From an uncultured Alphaproteobacteria bacterium (GTDB lineage: Bacteria > Pseudomonadota > Alphaproteobacteria > Rs-D84), in assembly GCA_934232895.1 (NCBI GenBank), contig CAKQGH010000005.1, forward strand, positions 1,422 to 65,421: a DNA stretch of 64,000 bases. The letters run 5' to 3'. Within the stretch, counting starts at the first letter, position 1, and every line of letters starts with the position of its first letter. Below, piece by piece: positions 17,281 through 28,500 of this stretch. A program made the position numbers and the translations under genes. Below the pieces are notes generated by a model. The model saw only the letters and a list, made by a program, of their open reading frames with translations, did no database searches and was not told where the DNA came from.

Positions 17281-18852
17281 TCATTTTCGATGTGCCGCCG
17301 CGGCAACAAACGCGTTGAACATCGGGTGTCCGGTAAATGGACTGGATTCAAATTCCGGATGAAATTGTCCCGCAATAAAAAATGGATGCGATGGAATTTC
17401 AACTATTTCTGGCAGGCGCCCATCGGGACTGCGTCCGGAAATAATCATACCCGCATCGGCAAATTGTTTTTCAAACGATATATCCATTTCATAGCGATGA
17501 CGATGCCGCTCTGATATCTTATCCGCACCGTAAATACGCGCCGCCAATGTACCCGGCGCAATCATACATGGATACGATCCCAATCGCAATGTTCCGCCCA
17601 TATTTCCGGTATGGTCCGGCATAATATTTATAATGGGGGTACAGTCGGACGAAAACTCGGTTGAATCCGCGTTTTTTATTCCCAACACATTGCGTGCGAA
17701 TTCAATCACCGCGACCTGCATCCCCAGGCATATTCCCATATATGGTGTGCCTGTTGTGCGTGCATATTCGGCGGCGGCAATTTTACCCGAGGTGCCGCGC
17801 GTACCAAACCCGCCCGGCACCAATATGCCGTCTGTATCCGCACAATCGGCGGGCGTGAAAGTTTCGGCATTTATAGGCTTTATTTTAATATGCACATTAT
17901 TTTGAATGCCGGCGTGGAACAATGCATCGTTTAACGATTTGTACGCATCTGGCACATCAAAATATTTACCAACAACACCTATGCAAACGGTTGGAATATC
18001 GGCCGCCAGGTAATTTGATATGCGTTCAAATTTTGTCATATCGCCCGGCACAGATGGCAAACCAAAATGTTCGGCAATTATATCAAACACATGTTGCGCA
18101 TCGTACGCCAGTGGAATTTTGTATATATTATCAACATCAATACCACTGATTACATTTTTTGCCGGCATATTACAGAACATCCCGATTTTCGCGCGCTCGT
18201 CATCGGCCAGCATACGTGGCGTGCGCACAATCAGCATATCGGCCTGGATTCCATTTTCCAACAATCGGCGCACCGACATCTGTGTTGGTTTGGTTTTCAA
18301 TTCGCCACTTTTTTCCAAATATGGCGCCAATGTTAAATGCACAAACATTACATTGCGACGCCCAACATCATTTGCAAATTGACGAATTGATTCCAAGAAA
18401 ATTTTACCTTCGATGTCGCCAACCGTGCCACCAATTTCACACACGACAAAATCAGTACCGGTGGGTGCGGCGATATAGTCTTTGATGCGATTGCTGACAT
18501 GCGGAATCATTTGCACCGTTGCGCCCAAATAATCACCACGACGTTCGGCATTTAATACATCCCAATAAATACGACCCCCAGACACCGAATCATTGCGCGA
18601 CAATTTTATTCCCAAAAAACGCTCGTAATATCCCAAATCTAGATCGGTTTCAAATCCGTCACCGGTGACATATACCTCGCCATGCTGGAACGGCGACATG
18701 GTACCGGGGTCAACATTCAAATATGGGTCAAATTTACGCGCATGCACGGAATACCCGCGCGATTGAAGAAGGGCGCCACAACCTGCCGCCGCGACGCCCT
18801 TGCCTAAACTGGAAACAACACCACCCGTAATGAAAATATATTTGGTCATCAC
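17281..18852 (-). CDS. pyrG: CTP synthase
   Basis: It has MTKYIFITGGVVSSLGKG and the glutaminase motif GICLGMQ, then HRHRYE. Confidence 0.95.
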   Translation of the reverse strand: MMTKYIFITGGVVSSLGKGVAAAGCGALLQSRGYSVHARKFDPYLNVDPGTMSPFQHGEVYVTGDGFETDLDLGYYERFLGIKLSRNDSVSGGRIYWDVLNAERRGDYLGATVQMIPHVSNRIKDYIAAPTGTDFVVCEIGGTVGDIEGKIFLESIRQFANDVGRRNVMFVHLTLAPYLEKSGELKTKPTQMSVRRLLENGIQADMLIVRTPRMLADDERAKIGMFCNMPAKNVISGIDVDNIYKIPLAYDAQHVFDIIAEHFGLPSVPGDMTKFERISNYLAADIPTVCIGVVGKYFDVPDAYKSLNDALFHAGIQNNVHIKIKPINAETFTPADCADTDGILVPGGFGTRGTSGKIAAAEYARTTGTPYMGICLGMQVAVIEFARNVLGIKNADSTEFSSDCTPIINIMPDHTGNMGGTLRLGSYPCMIAPGTLAARIYGADKISERHRHRYEMDISFEKQFADAGMIISGRSPDGRLPEIVEIPSHPFFIAGQFHPEFESSPFTGHPMFNAFVAAAAHRK

Positions 18853-18890
18853 AATCTCCTTTACGGGATTCCATCATAGGAAATTTAGAC

Positions 18891-20894
18891 TTGCGACGCA
18901 ACGAAATAAATTCCTATAATTTCATTATGCGTGGGTTGTTGGATAACCAATTTGAAAATTTATTTTTGTGGGTGCCGTTTTTAATGGCGTTTGGTGCCGC
19001 GCTGTATTTTTCCATTGGGACCGAGCCCCACATTCCATACCCATTTATATTCGCCGCATTATTCGGCGTTGTGGCGGGCGCGCGACGTGCGCCAATACTG
19101 GTGCGGGCATGCGCATTGTTTGCATTTGGATTTATGTATGCCATGGCGTTCACGCATTTTGTGGCAACACCACAGATGCCACGCAATGTACATGATGCGT
19201 CTATTGTTGGCACAATTGAAAACATTGATTACACCGATACAAAAACGCGCGTTGTTATGCGCATAGATGGTCGGGACATAAATGCGGGCGACGCACATAC
19301 CACAATTCGCGCATCGATTATGCAAAATGATGCGCCGTTGCACATTGGCGATACGGTGCGCGCAACCGCAAATCTGAACCGGCCAAATCCACCCTATGCA
19401 CCTGGGGCGTTTGACTATGCGCGATGGGCATATTTTAATCATCTGACCGCGACCGGATTTATTACCGAATATGAAATATTGTCGCATAATGATGCCAACA
19501 ACATAAACACACTGCGCGAATATTTGCACGGTGCGGCAAATTCTTTTTTATCCGACGCGTTGGTGTTGGGATATAAAAACATTGTCCCACGCGAAGAAAA
19601 CGCAATTTGGACCGCCACCGGCGCGGGGCATGTTTGGTCAATCAGTGGATTTCACATGACATTGGTGTCCGGATGGTTGTTTGCAATATTTTACAGCATA
19701 TTCCGATTGATTGCGCCAATCACACGCCGCGTACCCGCGCGGGTGCCCGCGACCGTATGCGCATGGTTTGGGTTGTTGTTTTATCTGTTTCTGTCGGGAA
19801 TTGATGTTGCAACAATTCGCGCGTTTTTAATGGCAACATTGGTATTTGCGGCGTTTTTATGTGGCCGCAATGCAATTTCTATGCGCAATGTGTGCATTGC
19901 AATGATGATTATATTTCTGATAAATCCACATTATGTAATGCAAGCCGGATTTCAGTTATCATTTGCCGCAATATTTGGCCTGATTTGGTTTTGGGGCACG
20001 GTTAAACCACGCATTCCACAAAACAAGATATTAAAAATATTGTATACGGCAACCATGACATCAATTATTGCAACGGTGTTCACAGCCCCGTTTGTAATAT
20101 CACATTTTGGTGCGTTTCCGATATACAGTCTGATTGGCAATTTGGTATTACTGCCCATATTTTCAATTGCAATTATGCCACTGGTTATCGTTGGGACAAT
20201 TACCGCACCAATCGGGTGGCATTGGCCACTGGACGCGGGCAATGCCGTTTATAATTTTGCATTGCAAATTGCGACACACATAACCGATTTACCATTTGCC
20301 AGTATGAATATGCCATATATGTCGAACACGGCAATTGTACTGTTCATATTGGCATTTGCATCATTGATGTTCGTGCGGCCATTACGGGTAAAAATAAATT
20401 ACATTTTGTTCGCGGCGCTTGCCGCATTTGGGGTGATAAATGTAATATGCACACCGCGCCCGGTGTTCTATGCAACATACGATCATGAATTGGTTGGATT
20501 TGTTGAAAACGGCAAATTAGAATTTAACAAGGGACGCGCATCAAATCACTATTTTGCATTTGATACATGGAAACAATTAAATGGCGAACCCACCGGCACA
20601 AAAAACACGCGCCGCAAACACGACCATGGTCTGTACATATTTCACGCACCCAAATTTACATTGGCATACATTCAGAAATTTGTACCACTGTCGAAACACT
20701 TGGTTGATTTATGCCGTGACGACAATATTGACTATATCGTGTCGTATTTCAAAATAGACAGTCCGCAATGCAATCACAAAATATTAAACGATGGATTCGT
20801 AATCTATGGTTCGGGCCACGTTATTTATTCGCCGGCGCATCGCCCATGGCATAATCCGCCGAAACAAAATATAACCCCGCCGCCGGCGCCGTAG
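18891..20894 (+). CDS. comEC: ComEC/Rec2 family competence protein
   Basis: It is polytopic and carries GAGHVWSISGFHMTLVSGW. The start is uncertain, with an alternative Met at 18927. The 3' end overlaps convergent truA by 74 nt. Confidence 0.85.
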   Translation: MRRNEINSYNFIMRGLLDNQFENLFLWVPFLMAFGAALYFSIGTEPHIPYPFIFAALFGVVAGARRAPILVRACALFAFGFMYAMAFTHFVATPQMPRNVHDASIVGTIENIDYTDTKTRVVMRIDGRDINAGDAHTTIRASIMQNDAPLHIGDTVRATANLNRPNPPYAPGAFDYARWAYFNHLTATGFITEYEILSHNDANNINTLREYLHGAANSFLSDALVLGYKNIVPREENAIWTATGAGHVWSISGFHMTLVSGWLFAIFYSIFRLIAPITRRVPARVPATVCAWFGLLFYLFLSGIDVATIRAFLMATLVFAAFLCGRNAISMRNVCIAMMIIFLINPHYVMQAGFQLSFAAIFGLIWFWGTVKPRIPQNKILKILYTATMTSIIATVFTAPFVISHFGAFPIYSLIGNLVLLPIFSIAIMPLVIVGTITAPIGWHWPLDAGNAVYNFALQIATHITDLPFASMNMPYMSNTAIVLFILAFASLMFVRPLRVKINYILFAALAAFGVINVICTPRPVFYATYDHELVGFVENGKLEFNKGRASNHYFAFDTWKQLNGEPTGTKNTRRKHDHGLYIFHAPKFTLAYIQKFVPLSKHLVDLCRDDNIDYIVSYFKIDSPQCNHKILNDGFVIYGSGHVIYSPAHRPWHNPPKQNITPPPAP

Positions 20895-21579
20895 GTCCGG
20901 CCGCACTGCGCGCGTGCGCGGCAAATATTTCATCAATATCGTATGGTTTGCCCAATCCAATTTCAACCAATGTGCCAACCATATTGCGCACCTGGTGATG
21001 CAGAAAAGACCGCGCCGAAAATTCAAATAAGACCGCGTCGCCATGGCGCGTGATTTTACATGTGTCCAATGTTTTTATCGGACTTTTTGCCTGGCATTGG
21101 GTTGCACGGAAACTGGTAAAATCGTGTTGTCCGATTAAACGCGCCGCGGCCGCACGCATGGCACGCATATTTAATTTACGCGGCACCCACCACACACGAT
21201 TTTTATCCAACACCGGTGCCGCCGCACGGTTCAATACAATGTATTTATAATGCCGCGCGGTGCAATCAAAACGCGCACTGAAATCATCGGGCACAATTTC
21301 ACAACTCAACACGGAAACGGGCATATCGGTCAAATAAAAATTCATTGCGCGCATAACTGTGTTTGCATCCGCGCCCCCGTCCAAATCAAAATGCGCAACC
21401 ATGGCAATTGCATGAACGCCGGCATCGGTACGCCCCGCCGCGACAAACGCGGGACGCGCACCGCAAAATCTTTCAACAGCATCACGCAGAATAGATTGCA
21501 CCGACGGGCCCTGGCGGTTTTCTTGCCACCCGATAAGATTTGTGCCATCGTATTCAATTGTTATGCGATACCGCGTCAT
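20821..21579 (-). CDS. truA: tRNA pseudouridine(38-40) synthase
   Basis: It reads MTRYRITIEYDGTNLIGWQ...AAGRTDAGVHA, and is 252 aa long. Confidence 0.93.
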   Translation of the reverse strand: MTRYRITIEYDGTNLIGWQENRQGPSVQSILRDAVERFCGARPAFVAAGRTDAGVHAIAMVAHFDLDGGADANTVMRAMNFYLTDMPVSVLSCEIVPDDFSARFDCTARHYKYIVLNRAAAPVLDKNRVWWVPRKLNMRAMRAAAARLIGQHDFTSFRATQCQAKSPIKTLDTCKITRHGDAVLFEFSARSFLHHQVRNMVGTLVEIGLGKPYDIDEIFAAHARSAAGPTAPAAGLYFVSADYAMGDAPANK

Positions 21580-21750
21580 CTGTATGTTCCCGTTTTTACC
21601 CTAGCGCCGTTTTTCATTATTTGAGACAAAGCATTTACACACGCCATGGTTCAATAATTGCAACAGCGACCAATTTTGACACCACAACCACCGCACACAT
21701 TCCATGCACGATTTTGTGTTCATTTGGTTTTGTGTGCTCATACCGCGCCC

Positions 21751-21936
21751 CTATCGTTGATGCTCGTTTTTCTTGGCCATAAAACAGCGACATGTGTCGT
21801 TCCATGCAACCAATTTTGGTCCATAAAACAACCACCGAAACAGATTGCAATTGCCACACGCCAGCCAACGTTCATGCGATGTCAGATGGCCACAATTTAT
21901 ACAATATTTTTTATCCGAGATACCTTTGTCATTCAT
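21751..21936 (-). CDS. Possible small Cys-rich (zinc-ribbon-like) protein
   Basis: The start MNDKG (21936) has an aggggA RBS and lies 2 nt after the fmt stop. The Cys pattern is CINCGH...CGNC...CRC. Confidence 0.4.
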   Translation of the reverse strand: MNDKGISDKKYCINCGHLTSHERWLACGNCNLFRWLFYGPKLVAWNDTCRCFMAKKNEHQR

Positions 21937-21938
21937 AA

Positions 21939-22748
21939 TTATTCCCCTATTTTTATTGTTTGACCGCGCAGGCCGTTTACAAAACTTTTCCAATCCATTG
22001 GACGTCCACCCGCCGGTTGAATTTGCAAAATTTCCAGTTCGCCGTTTTGCGCAATGCTGGTGCGCAAAATTTTAACATCTGTGCCATTGATTTTGGTGCG
22101 CCCCGCCCCCAGTGCACGAATTTGGTTGTGTACCGCACGCGCGCCACGCGACCAGTCAATTATTTCATCGGCGCCTGTCCATTTGTGTGTAAATGTGGGC
22201 GTGCCCGTTTGTGGCACCGGTGCATATTCCGACGGATGCGACAAATATTCAACCAACATATCGGCACCAATTTTTGACACGCGCGATTCAATATTGTCGT
22301 TCGTTTCGTTTTCGCCGATTTCAAAATCGCGCCGCATATATACATCGCCCGCATCCATTTCCGGTGTAATTTGCATCAGGCAAACCGTACTGTGCACATC
22401 GCCATTATAAATTGCCGTTTTAATCGGCGACGCACCGCGATATTTTGGCAACGCGCTTGGGTGAATATTGATGCATGGCGCCGACGACAAAACATTGTCG
22501 CGCAATATCACACCATACGACACAACAACAACCATATCGGGTGAAAAATTATATTCAGACGCGCGATTATATACCGGAATATTTTTTGATTCCGCCCAAA
22601 CCTGCACGGGTGATTTTGTTAAAACCTGTTTACGTCCAACGGGTTTTGGACCGCGCGTAAACACCGCCATAATTTCATGACCGGCGTTATATATCGCATC
22701 AAACATTGGCACAACAAATTCGGGTGTGCCCATTAAAACCAATTTCAT
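21939..22748 (-). CDS. fmt: Methionyl-tRNA formyltransferase (short form, 269 aa)
   Basis: It reads MKLVLMGTPEFVVP...NIHPSALPKYRGASPI, and overlaps the def stop. Confidence 0.9.
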   Translation of the reverse strand: MKLVLMGTPEFVVPMFDAIYNAGHEIMAVFTRGPKPVGRKQVLTKSPVQVWAESKNIPVYNRASEYNFSPDMVVVVSYGVILRDNVLSSAPCINIHPSALPKYRGASPIKTAIYNGDVHSTVCLMQITPEMDAGDVYMRRDFEIGENETNDNIESRVSKIGADMLVEYLSHPSEYAPVPQTGTPTFTHKWTGADEIIDWSRGARAVHNQIRALGAGRTKINGTDVKILRTSIAQNGELEILQIQPAGGRPMDWKSFVNGLRGQTIKIGE

Positions 22749-23254
22749 GATTTGTGTTTCCTCACCTTGCGCATAACCATTTCGCGACGCACCGGCGACA
22801 GATAATCAATAAACAAAATTCCATCCAGATGGTCGGTTTCATGCTGAACAATTCGCGCCGGCAAACCGGACATTTCTGCGCCCTGGGGATTGCCATTTTC
22901 ATCGGTCCATTCAACAACGACCGATGCGGGACGCGTCACATTTGAATATACCGGCAAATTGTCGGGTCCCAGGACAGACAGGCAGCCCTCTTCCATAGTG
23001 CAGGTATCGGTACTGCGCGAAATGATTTTTGGATTTATCATTTTGAAAACGGTTTCCGTATCCGGATTCATCATAACCAAAAATCGTTGCAAAACGCCGA
23101 CCTGGGGCGCGGCCAAACCGACACCAGATTGATCGCGCATCATATCAATCATTTCATCCATTATTTTCAACATATCAGGCGTAATCTTTTCAACAGGTGC
23201 GCATTTTTCACGCAACACTAAATCGCCACAAAGTTTCATCTGCAATTTATTCAT
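22745..23254 (-). CDS. def: Peptide deformylase
   Basis: Motifs GVGLAAPQVG, EGCLS and HETDHLDG are present. Confidence 0.95.
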   Translation of the reverse strand: MNKLQMKLCGDLVLREKCAPVEKITPDMLKIMDEMIDMMRDQSGVGLAAPQVGVLQRFLVMMNPDTETVFKMINPKIISRSTDTCTMEEGCLSVLGPDNLPVYSNVTRPASVVVEWTDENGNPQGAEMSGLPARIVQHETDHLDGILFIDYLSPVRREMVMRKVRKHKS

Positions 23255-24482
23255 CTTTATATTCCAATGCGATTTTTTTATTAGTTGTTATTCCACTTTT
23301 TTCTTTGATTCTGTCGAACAATCTGGACATATTTCCGCGTCCATCGGTTAATTGCCCGCGCGCATTGTTATATGCCTTCATGGCTGTGTCTATGCTTCTG
23401 CCGACCGCGTTAAAGTTATCAACAAAACCAGAATATTTTTCATACAAATCGTTGACCAGCGCAATAACCTCGGTCACATTCTTGTTTTGTTTGTCCATCT
23501 TTAACAACAATTCCACGGTTTTCAACATCGGGAACAGCAGCGACGATGTGATAATCGCGACATTTTTATTTTGCGCACTGGAATACAATTCCGGCTTTCT
23601 GCGCATTGCCAAAACGTATGCAGATTCTAATGGCATAAACATAAACACGTAATCCAGGCCAGAATCTTTGACCTTTTTCTGGTAATCTTTGTCAGACAGT
23701 TCGTTTATGTGCGCCTCGGTTGCGGCGACAAAATCCTTGGCATATTTTTCACGTTCTTCGTCGGTTTCGGCGTTTTCATATTGCAGATAACTTTCCATAG
23801 AAACCTTGGAATCAATGATGATACGGCGATTTCCCGGCAGGTTCACGATAAAGTCAGGACGAATGTTTTTGCCATCATCGACACGGGTAAATTCTTCCTT
23901 GGTGTAATCAACACCTTCGACAAAGCCCAGCATTTCCAGAATGTTTTCCAGATACATTTCGCCCCAGCAACCCTGGCTCTTTTTATTTTTCAACGCATTG
24001 GCCAGGTTGGTCGCCTCTTGCTGTAAAGACTCGCTTTTACTCAGCATATTTTTGATTTGCTCATCTATGCTGGTTTTGTTTTCCGTCGTGGTCTTTAACA
24101 TTTCGGTGACTTTCTGTTCAAAGCCCTCTTTCAATGCCTTCATTTCGTTCTGGACGGGGGTCAAGACGATTTTCTGGGTTTCTTTGACGGATTCTTTTTG
24201 TTTTTCAATCAGTTCACTGGAAATCGCCTTGAAATCATTCAGCATTTTTTCGCGAACACGCGTCAGGGTTTCAACCTCTTGCTTTTTTTCGGCGGCACTC
24301 TGTTGCAATGCGCTGTTTTCGGTGCGCATGCGTTCGATTTCGCCACGTTGTTGCTGTAACAGTGCCTTTAACTGGGCAACCTCTATACGGCTGTCATCGG
24401 GATGTTTGGCAAACAATGCCACAACCAATGCGCCCAGCGCACAACCCACAACACACCCAACGAAAAAAGCGATAAAATCCAT
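23247..24482 (-). CDS. rmuC: DNA recombination protein RmuC
   Basis: It has an N-terminal TM helix, a long coiled coil, and RPDFIVNLPGNRRIIIDSKVSMESY. Confidence 0.9.
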   Translation of the reverse strand: MDFIAFFVGCVVGCALGALVVALFAKHPDDSRIEVAQLKALLQQQRGEIERMRTENSALQQSAAEKKQEVETLTRVREKMLNDFKAISSELIEKQKESVKETQKIVLTPVQNEMKALKEGFEQKVTEMLKTTTENKTSIDEQIKNMLSKSESLQQEATNLANALKNKKSQGCWGEMYLENILEMLGFVEGVDYTKEEFTRVDDGKNIRPDFIVNLPGNRRIIIDSKVSMESYLQYENAETDEEREKYAKDFVAATEAHINELSDKDYQKKVKDSGLDYVFMFMPLESAYVLAMRRKPELYSSAQNKNVAIITSSLLFPMLKTVELLLKMDKQNKNVTEVIALVNDLYEKYSGFVDNFNAVGRSIDTAMKAYNNARGQLTDGRGNMSRLFDRIKEKSGITTNKKIALEYKDE

Positions 24483-24540
24483 ACTGGAACCTCTTTTCGG
24501 GGATTATACAATAAAAAAACTAAATAGCAAGCCAACCGCA

Positions 24541-24804
24541 CTATTTCCCACGGCGTGGCATTTTTTCAGAATGCGCGTCCAAGATTTTCTTTTGTAATTC
24601 CAAGATTTGGGTTTCGCGTTCTTTGATTGCATCCAGCAATCGATTATTTTCCAGACGCAATGTTTCCAAATCTTGCCGGCGCAATACAATTTCACTGGTC
24701 AGGCGACGCGTCTTGCGGCGGGAGAAAATGGTGCTTATCAATGCGCCAACCAGGGCGCACGCAACACCGACCGAAAAATCATATAAAATATCCGTTATAA
24801 CCAT
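24541..24804 (-). CDS. Small membrane-anchored coiled-coil protein (hypothetical)
   Basis: The start at MVITD (24804) avoids overlap with the upstream HAD gene. It has one TM helix (VGVACALVGALISTIF) followed by a heptad-like region. Confidence 0.45.
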   Translation of the reverse strand: MVITDILYDFSVGVACALVGALISTIFSRRKTRRLTSEIVLRRQDLETLRLENNRLLDAIKERETQILELQKKILDAHSEKMPRRGK

Positions 24805-24838
24805 ACAATGATTATAACGGATTATGTTTTTATTTACC

Positions 24839-25441
24839 CTAGGCTTGTTTTCGCAGGCCCGTTTTTGCATCAACCCAAACCTGTTCGTCGGCGATTTCCA
24901 TCATTGGCATATCAGATTTGCTGTCGGAATAACTGCGCACGACACGCGGAATAATTTTGTTTTTAACCGCCCAGGCGTCCAGAGCAACAACCTTGTTCCG
25001 GCCCCAGCACAAGAATTTATATTTCCACGGCCGCGCAGCGTCCATTTGCGATGTCAACACCGCGTCAAATTTGATGTCACGCACCAATTGTGGCACCAGG
25101 TAATCCGCACTGGCTGAAACCAGGACAACTTTGCGGCCCGCCGCGCGTTCGGACGCAACCTGTTCTTTGGCCCAACCGAAACGTTCCATTTTATGTTGTT
25201 TAATAAAATCGGGGGCGAATTTTTTTACCATATCGGCCGTTAAAAACCGACGCATTTTTTCGCGCCACCAAATGCCCGCCGGGTTAAACATACGCACAAC
25301 CGCCGCAACCGCCATCAATGGCAAAAACAACCATGGACGCAGCGAGTGGCGAAAACAATACCGGCCAAATTCCACATTGGAATCACGCGCCGACAATGTG
25401 CCATCAAAATCAAAAACAACGACATCTTGTTTCATCAACAT
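24839..25441 (-). CDS. HAD-superfamily hydrolase (subfamily IB-like)
   Basis: HAD motif I is VVVFDFDGTLS. A later SDSKSD motif is also present. Confidence 0.8.
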   Translation of the reverse strand: MLMKQDVVVFDFDGTLSARDSNVEFGRYCFRHSLRPWLFLPLMAVAAVVRMFNPAGIWWREKMRRFLTADMVKKFAPDFIKQHKMERFGWAKEQVASERAAGRKVVLVSASADYLVPQLVRDIKFDAVLTSQMDAARPWKYKFLCWGRNKVVALDAWAVKNKIIPRVVRSYSDSKSDMPMMEIADEQVWVDAKTGLRKQA

Positions 25442-25501
25442 AATTAAATATCCTTTTAGTTTTCCGCGATATTATAAATAAGTTTTTTATATTCACAATA
25501 A

Positions 25502-25528
25502 AAAAGCGGGGGCACGCCCCGCTTTTAT
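25502..25528 (-). terminator. Intrinsic terminator after the RND pump gene
   Basis: The sequence aaaagcgggg-gcac-gccccgctttt lies just past the stop at 25530. Confidence 0.65.
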
Positions 25529-25529
25529 T

Positions 25530-28500
25530 TTATTTTTTACGCGATAATTTTTCGCGGGCGCGTTCAACGATAAAGAACAACGCCGGGGTCAGTGTGAATG
25601 TGAATATCAAACTGGCCATCATACCACCAATCATAACCGCAGCCATTGCGACCTTCATACCATCGGCGGACCATAACTGGGGCACCATACCAGTCATAAC
25701 GGCGATTGATGTCATCAACACCATGTACCGTTTATCATTCAATTCGGTCCACAATGCGTCGCGTGCATCTTCGCCATTTTTAATGCGCGCAATTGTTGGT
25801 TCCAACACCAGAATGTTGTTATTCACCACCAGACCAACCAACATAACGAATGCCAACATAGCACCGACATTCATTGATGCACCCGACAAGAACAGCATCA
25901 CAAACACGCCGGCGAACGATGTCAGAATTGATGTGGCAATCGTAAACGGATGCGCCAGTGAATTCATAATTGCCGCCAACAACATAAATGTCAGCACCGT
26001 TGCCAAGAAGAACGCCTGACCGATTTCACCGGTTGTTTCATCCTGAATTTCCGACATACCGCCAAATTCAGCGCTGTATCCAGGTTGCCAATCAATTGTG
26101 TTCAACGCGGCCTGAATTTTCGCCTGGACCGGTCCCATGGTCGATTTACCGATATTGATGTCAATTTCGGTAATTCTGTTTTTATCCAAACGACTGATGT
26201 TCGGGGTTGCCGATGTTTGTTCAATTTCACCCAGTGACGACAACGCAACCATACCCTTTTGTGAATTCACAAAAACATTGTCGAACATTTCGGCGGTCTT
26301 GAACGGTTTGGCAAATTCCAAAATAATTGGATATTCATTGCCATGTTCCTTGTATTTATAATCGTCATTTCCGAACAATGCCGTACGCAATGTGGAACCA
26401 GCATACGCGTTTTTCACACCCCAGAAATTCATTTTATCTTCGTCAGGTATGAATCTGATTTCATGGCCCGGTGTTTGCTGGGCACGAACGGCACTTTGGA
26501 CCTCGGGTATTTGGTTGATTAAACGCAACGCCTGGTCTGCGTATGCTTCACGCGTTGCATCATCTTCGCCGTTGATGTTCAGCACCATATCCGATGATAT
26601 AGATGACGACATTGCGGCACCCGCACGAATTTGAATTTCAACATCCGGAATCGCGGCCAGACGTGGCAACATACGACGAGCTAATTCCTTGTCCGACAAA
26701 CGACGATCATCAACACCAACCAATTCAACCTTGACCTTGATGTTTTGCAAACCGCGTTCACCGATTTTTACAGATGTGGATTTTACCTCTTTGAAATCTT
26801 TTAATTCATTTTCGATTTGCGACACAATATCGCGCGATTTTTCAAATGTCGCCCCCATTGGTGCACGCGCCGTGATATTGATTTCGTTATTGTCGGTGGC
26901 CGGTGTAAATTCGTTTCCAACAAATTTCATCAGCATGGCCGAACCAACCAATATTGCAAACGCCATTGCAACAACGCGCCAAGGATGTGCATTTTGAAAA
27001 TCAAACCATTTGCGCAGACGGCCAACCGATGCCGACATTGGTGCCGGTTTATTAGTCGATTTCTTGGATGGCTTTTTGCCGGTCAGACGCAAAATTTTTG
27101 CAATCATCATTGGTGTCAATGTAAAACTGAACAACAACGACAGCAACGTCAGATACACAACGGTCATACCAAATTGAACCATGAATTGGCCAACGATACC
27201 GCCCATAAACGCCAATGGTAAAAACACCACGACATTCGTTCCAACACCCGCCAGAACCGATACAGCGACTTTTTTCGTGCCATCGATTGCGGCGTTTTCT
27301 GGGTCTTTGCCCGCACGCATTTCTTGCAGTGCAGATTCAATCATAATAATTGCGTTCGACACCAATGTTCCCAACGCCGACGAATACGCCAACAGTGTCA
27401 TTGCATTGATGGTAAAACCACTGCCGTCCATAAAGAAGAATCCGGCAATCAATGATGCAGGAATCACAACACCCGCGATAATTGTTGAACGCCAATTGCG
27501 TGTGAATGCCAACAATACCAATATGGTGAATATAATACCCTGGATAATACCAATGATTGTGCTATTGGTTTCATCAGACACCGCGGTCGATGAATCAGAA
27601 ATTATTTCCATCGTTGCATTTGGGAAACGCGATTGCATGTCCGCCTGTAATTCAGGCATTTTTTTATGCAACGCCTGGGATATTTTAATTGCATTACCAT
27701 CAGATGCCTTGACCACAGATGCAATCACGACCGGTTCGCCATTATAACGCGCACCCGTTTCAATGTCGCGTGCGGCATCGGTAATTGTTGCAATATCAGA
27801 CAATTTGAAACGCGCGCCTTCGGCCGTGGTTAAATGCAGGTTTGCAATTTCATCAATTGACGCAAATTCACCAATAAAACGCACATTGGAGGAATCAACG
27901 CCGGTCTCGATTTTTCCCCCCGGCACATTCAAATTACGCGCCGCCAACGCCGATACAACATCGGTAATTGTTGCACCACGCGCCGCCATCAATTCTGGGT
28001 TCATTTGAACGCGTACCGCGCGTTGTTCACCACCGAACACCGATACACTGGCCACGCCCTTGGTCGCGGTGATTTTATTTGCCAAAATATCATCGACATA
28101 CTCCTGCATATCGCGGGCCGATGCGCCACGCAATACAATATCAACCACCGATTCCTGTAATGGGTTTAATTTTTCCACAACGGGCTGTTTCAACGCGTCT
28201 GGGAATTCAGATGACAACGCGTCGATTTTTGATTTAACCTCGCTCGATTTATCATTTACGTTCACGCCCAAATTAAATTCGGCCATAACATACCCGCCGT
28301 TTTCATACGCCTGGGATGTCAGTTTTTTCAGGCCTGCAACCTCGGACATGGCGTCTTCGGCCTTTTTAATAACCTGGGATTCAATTTCGGCGGGCGACGC
28401 ACCCGGATACACGAACGATGCCGTGACCATCGGAAAATCCAACGACGGCGTGCGTTCAACATTCATTTTTGGAAATGAAACCAAACCCAACACAACCCAC

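Noticed and set aside
20821-20894. The 74-nt convergent overlap of the comEC and truA 3' ends, as a sign of a frameshift or pseudogene.
   Set aside because: Both ORFs are full length with intact motifs. The Pro-rich comEC tail may simply be non-essential read-through. There is not enough evidence for a pseudogene call.
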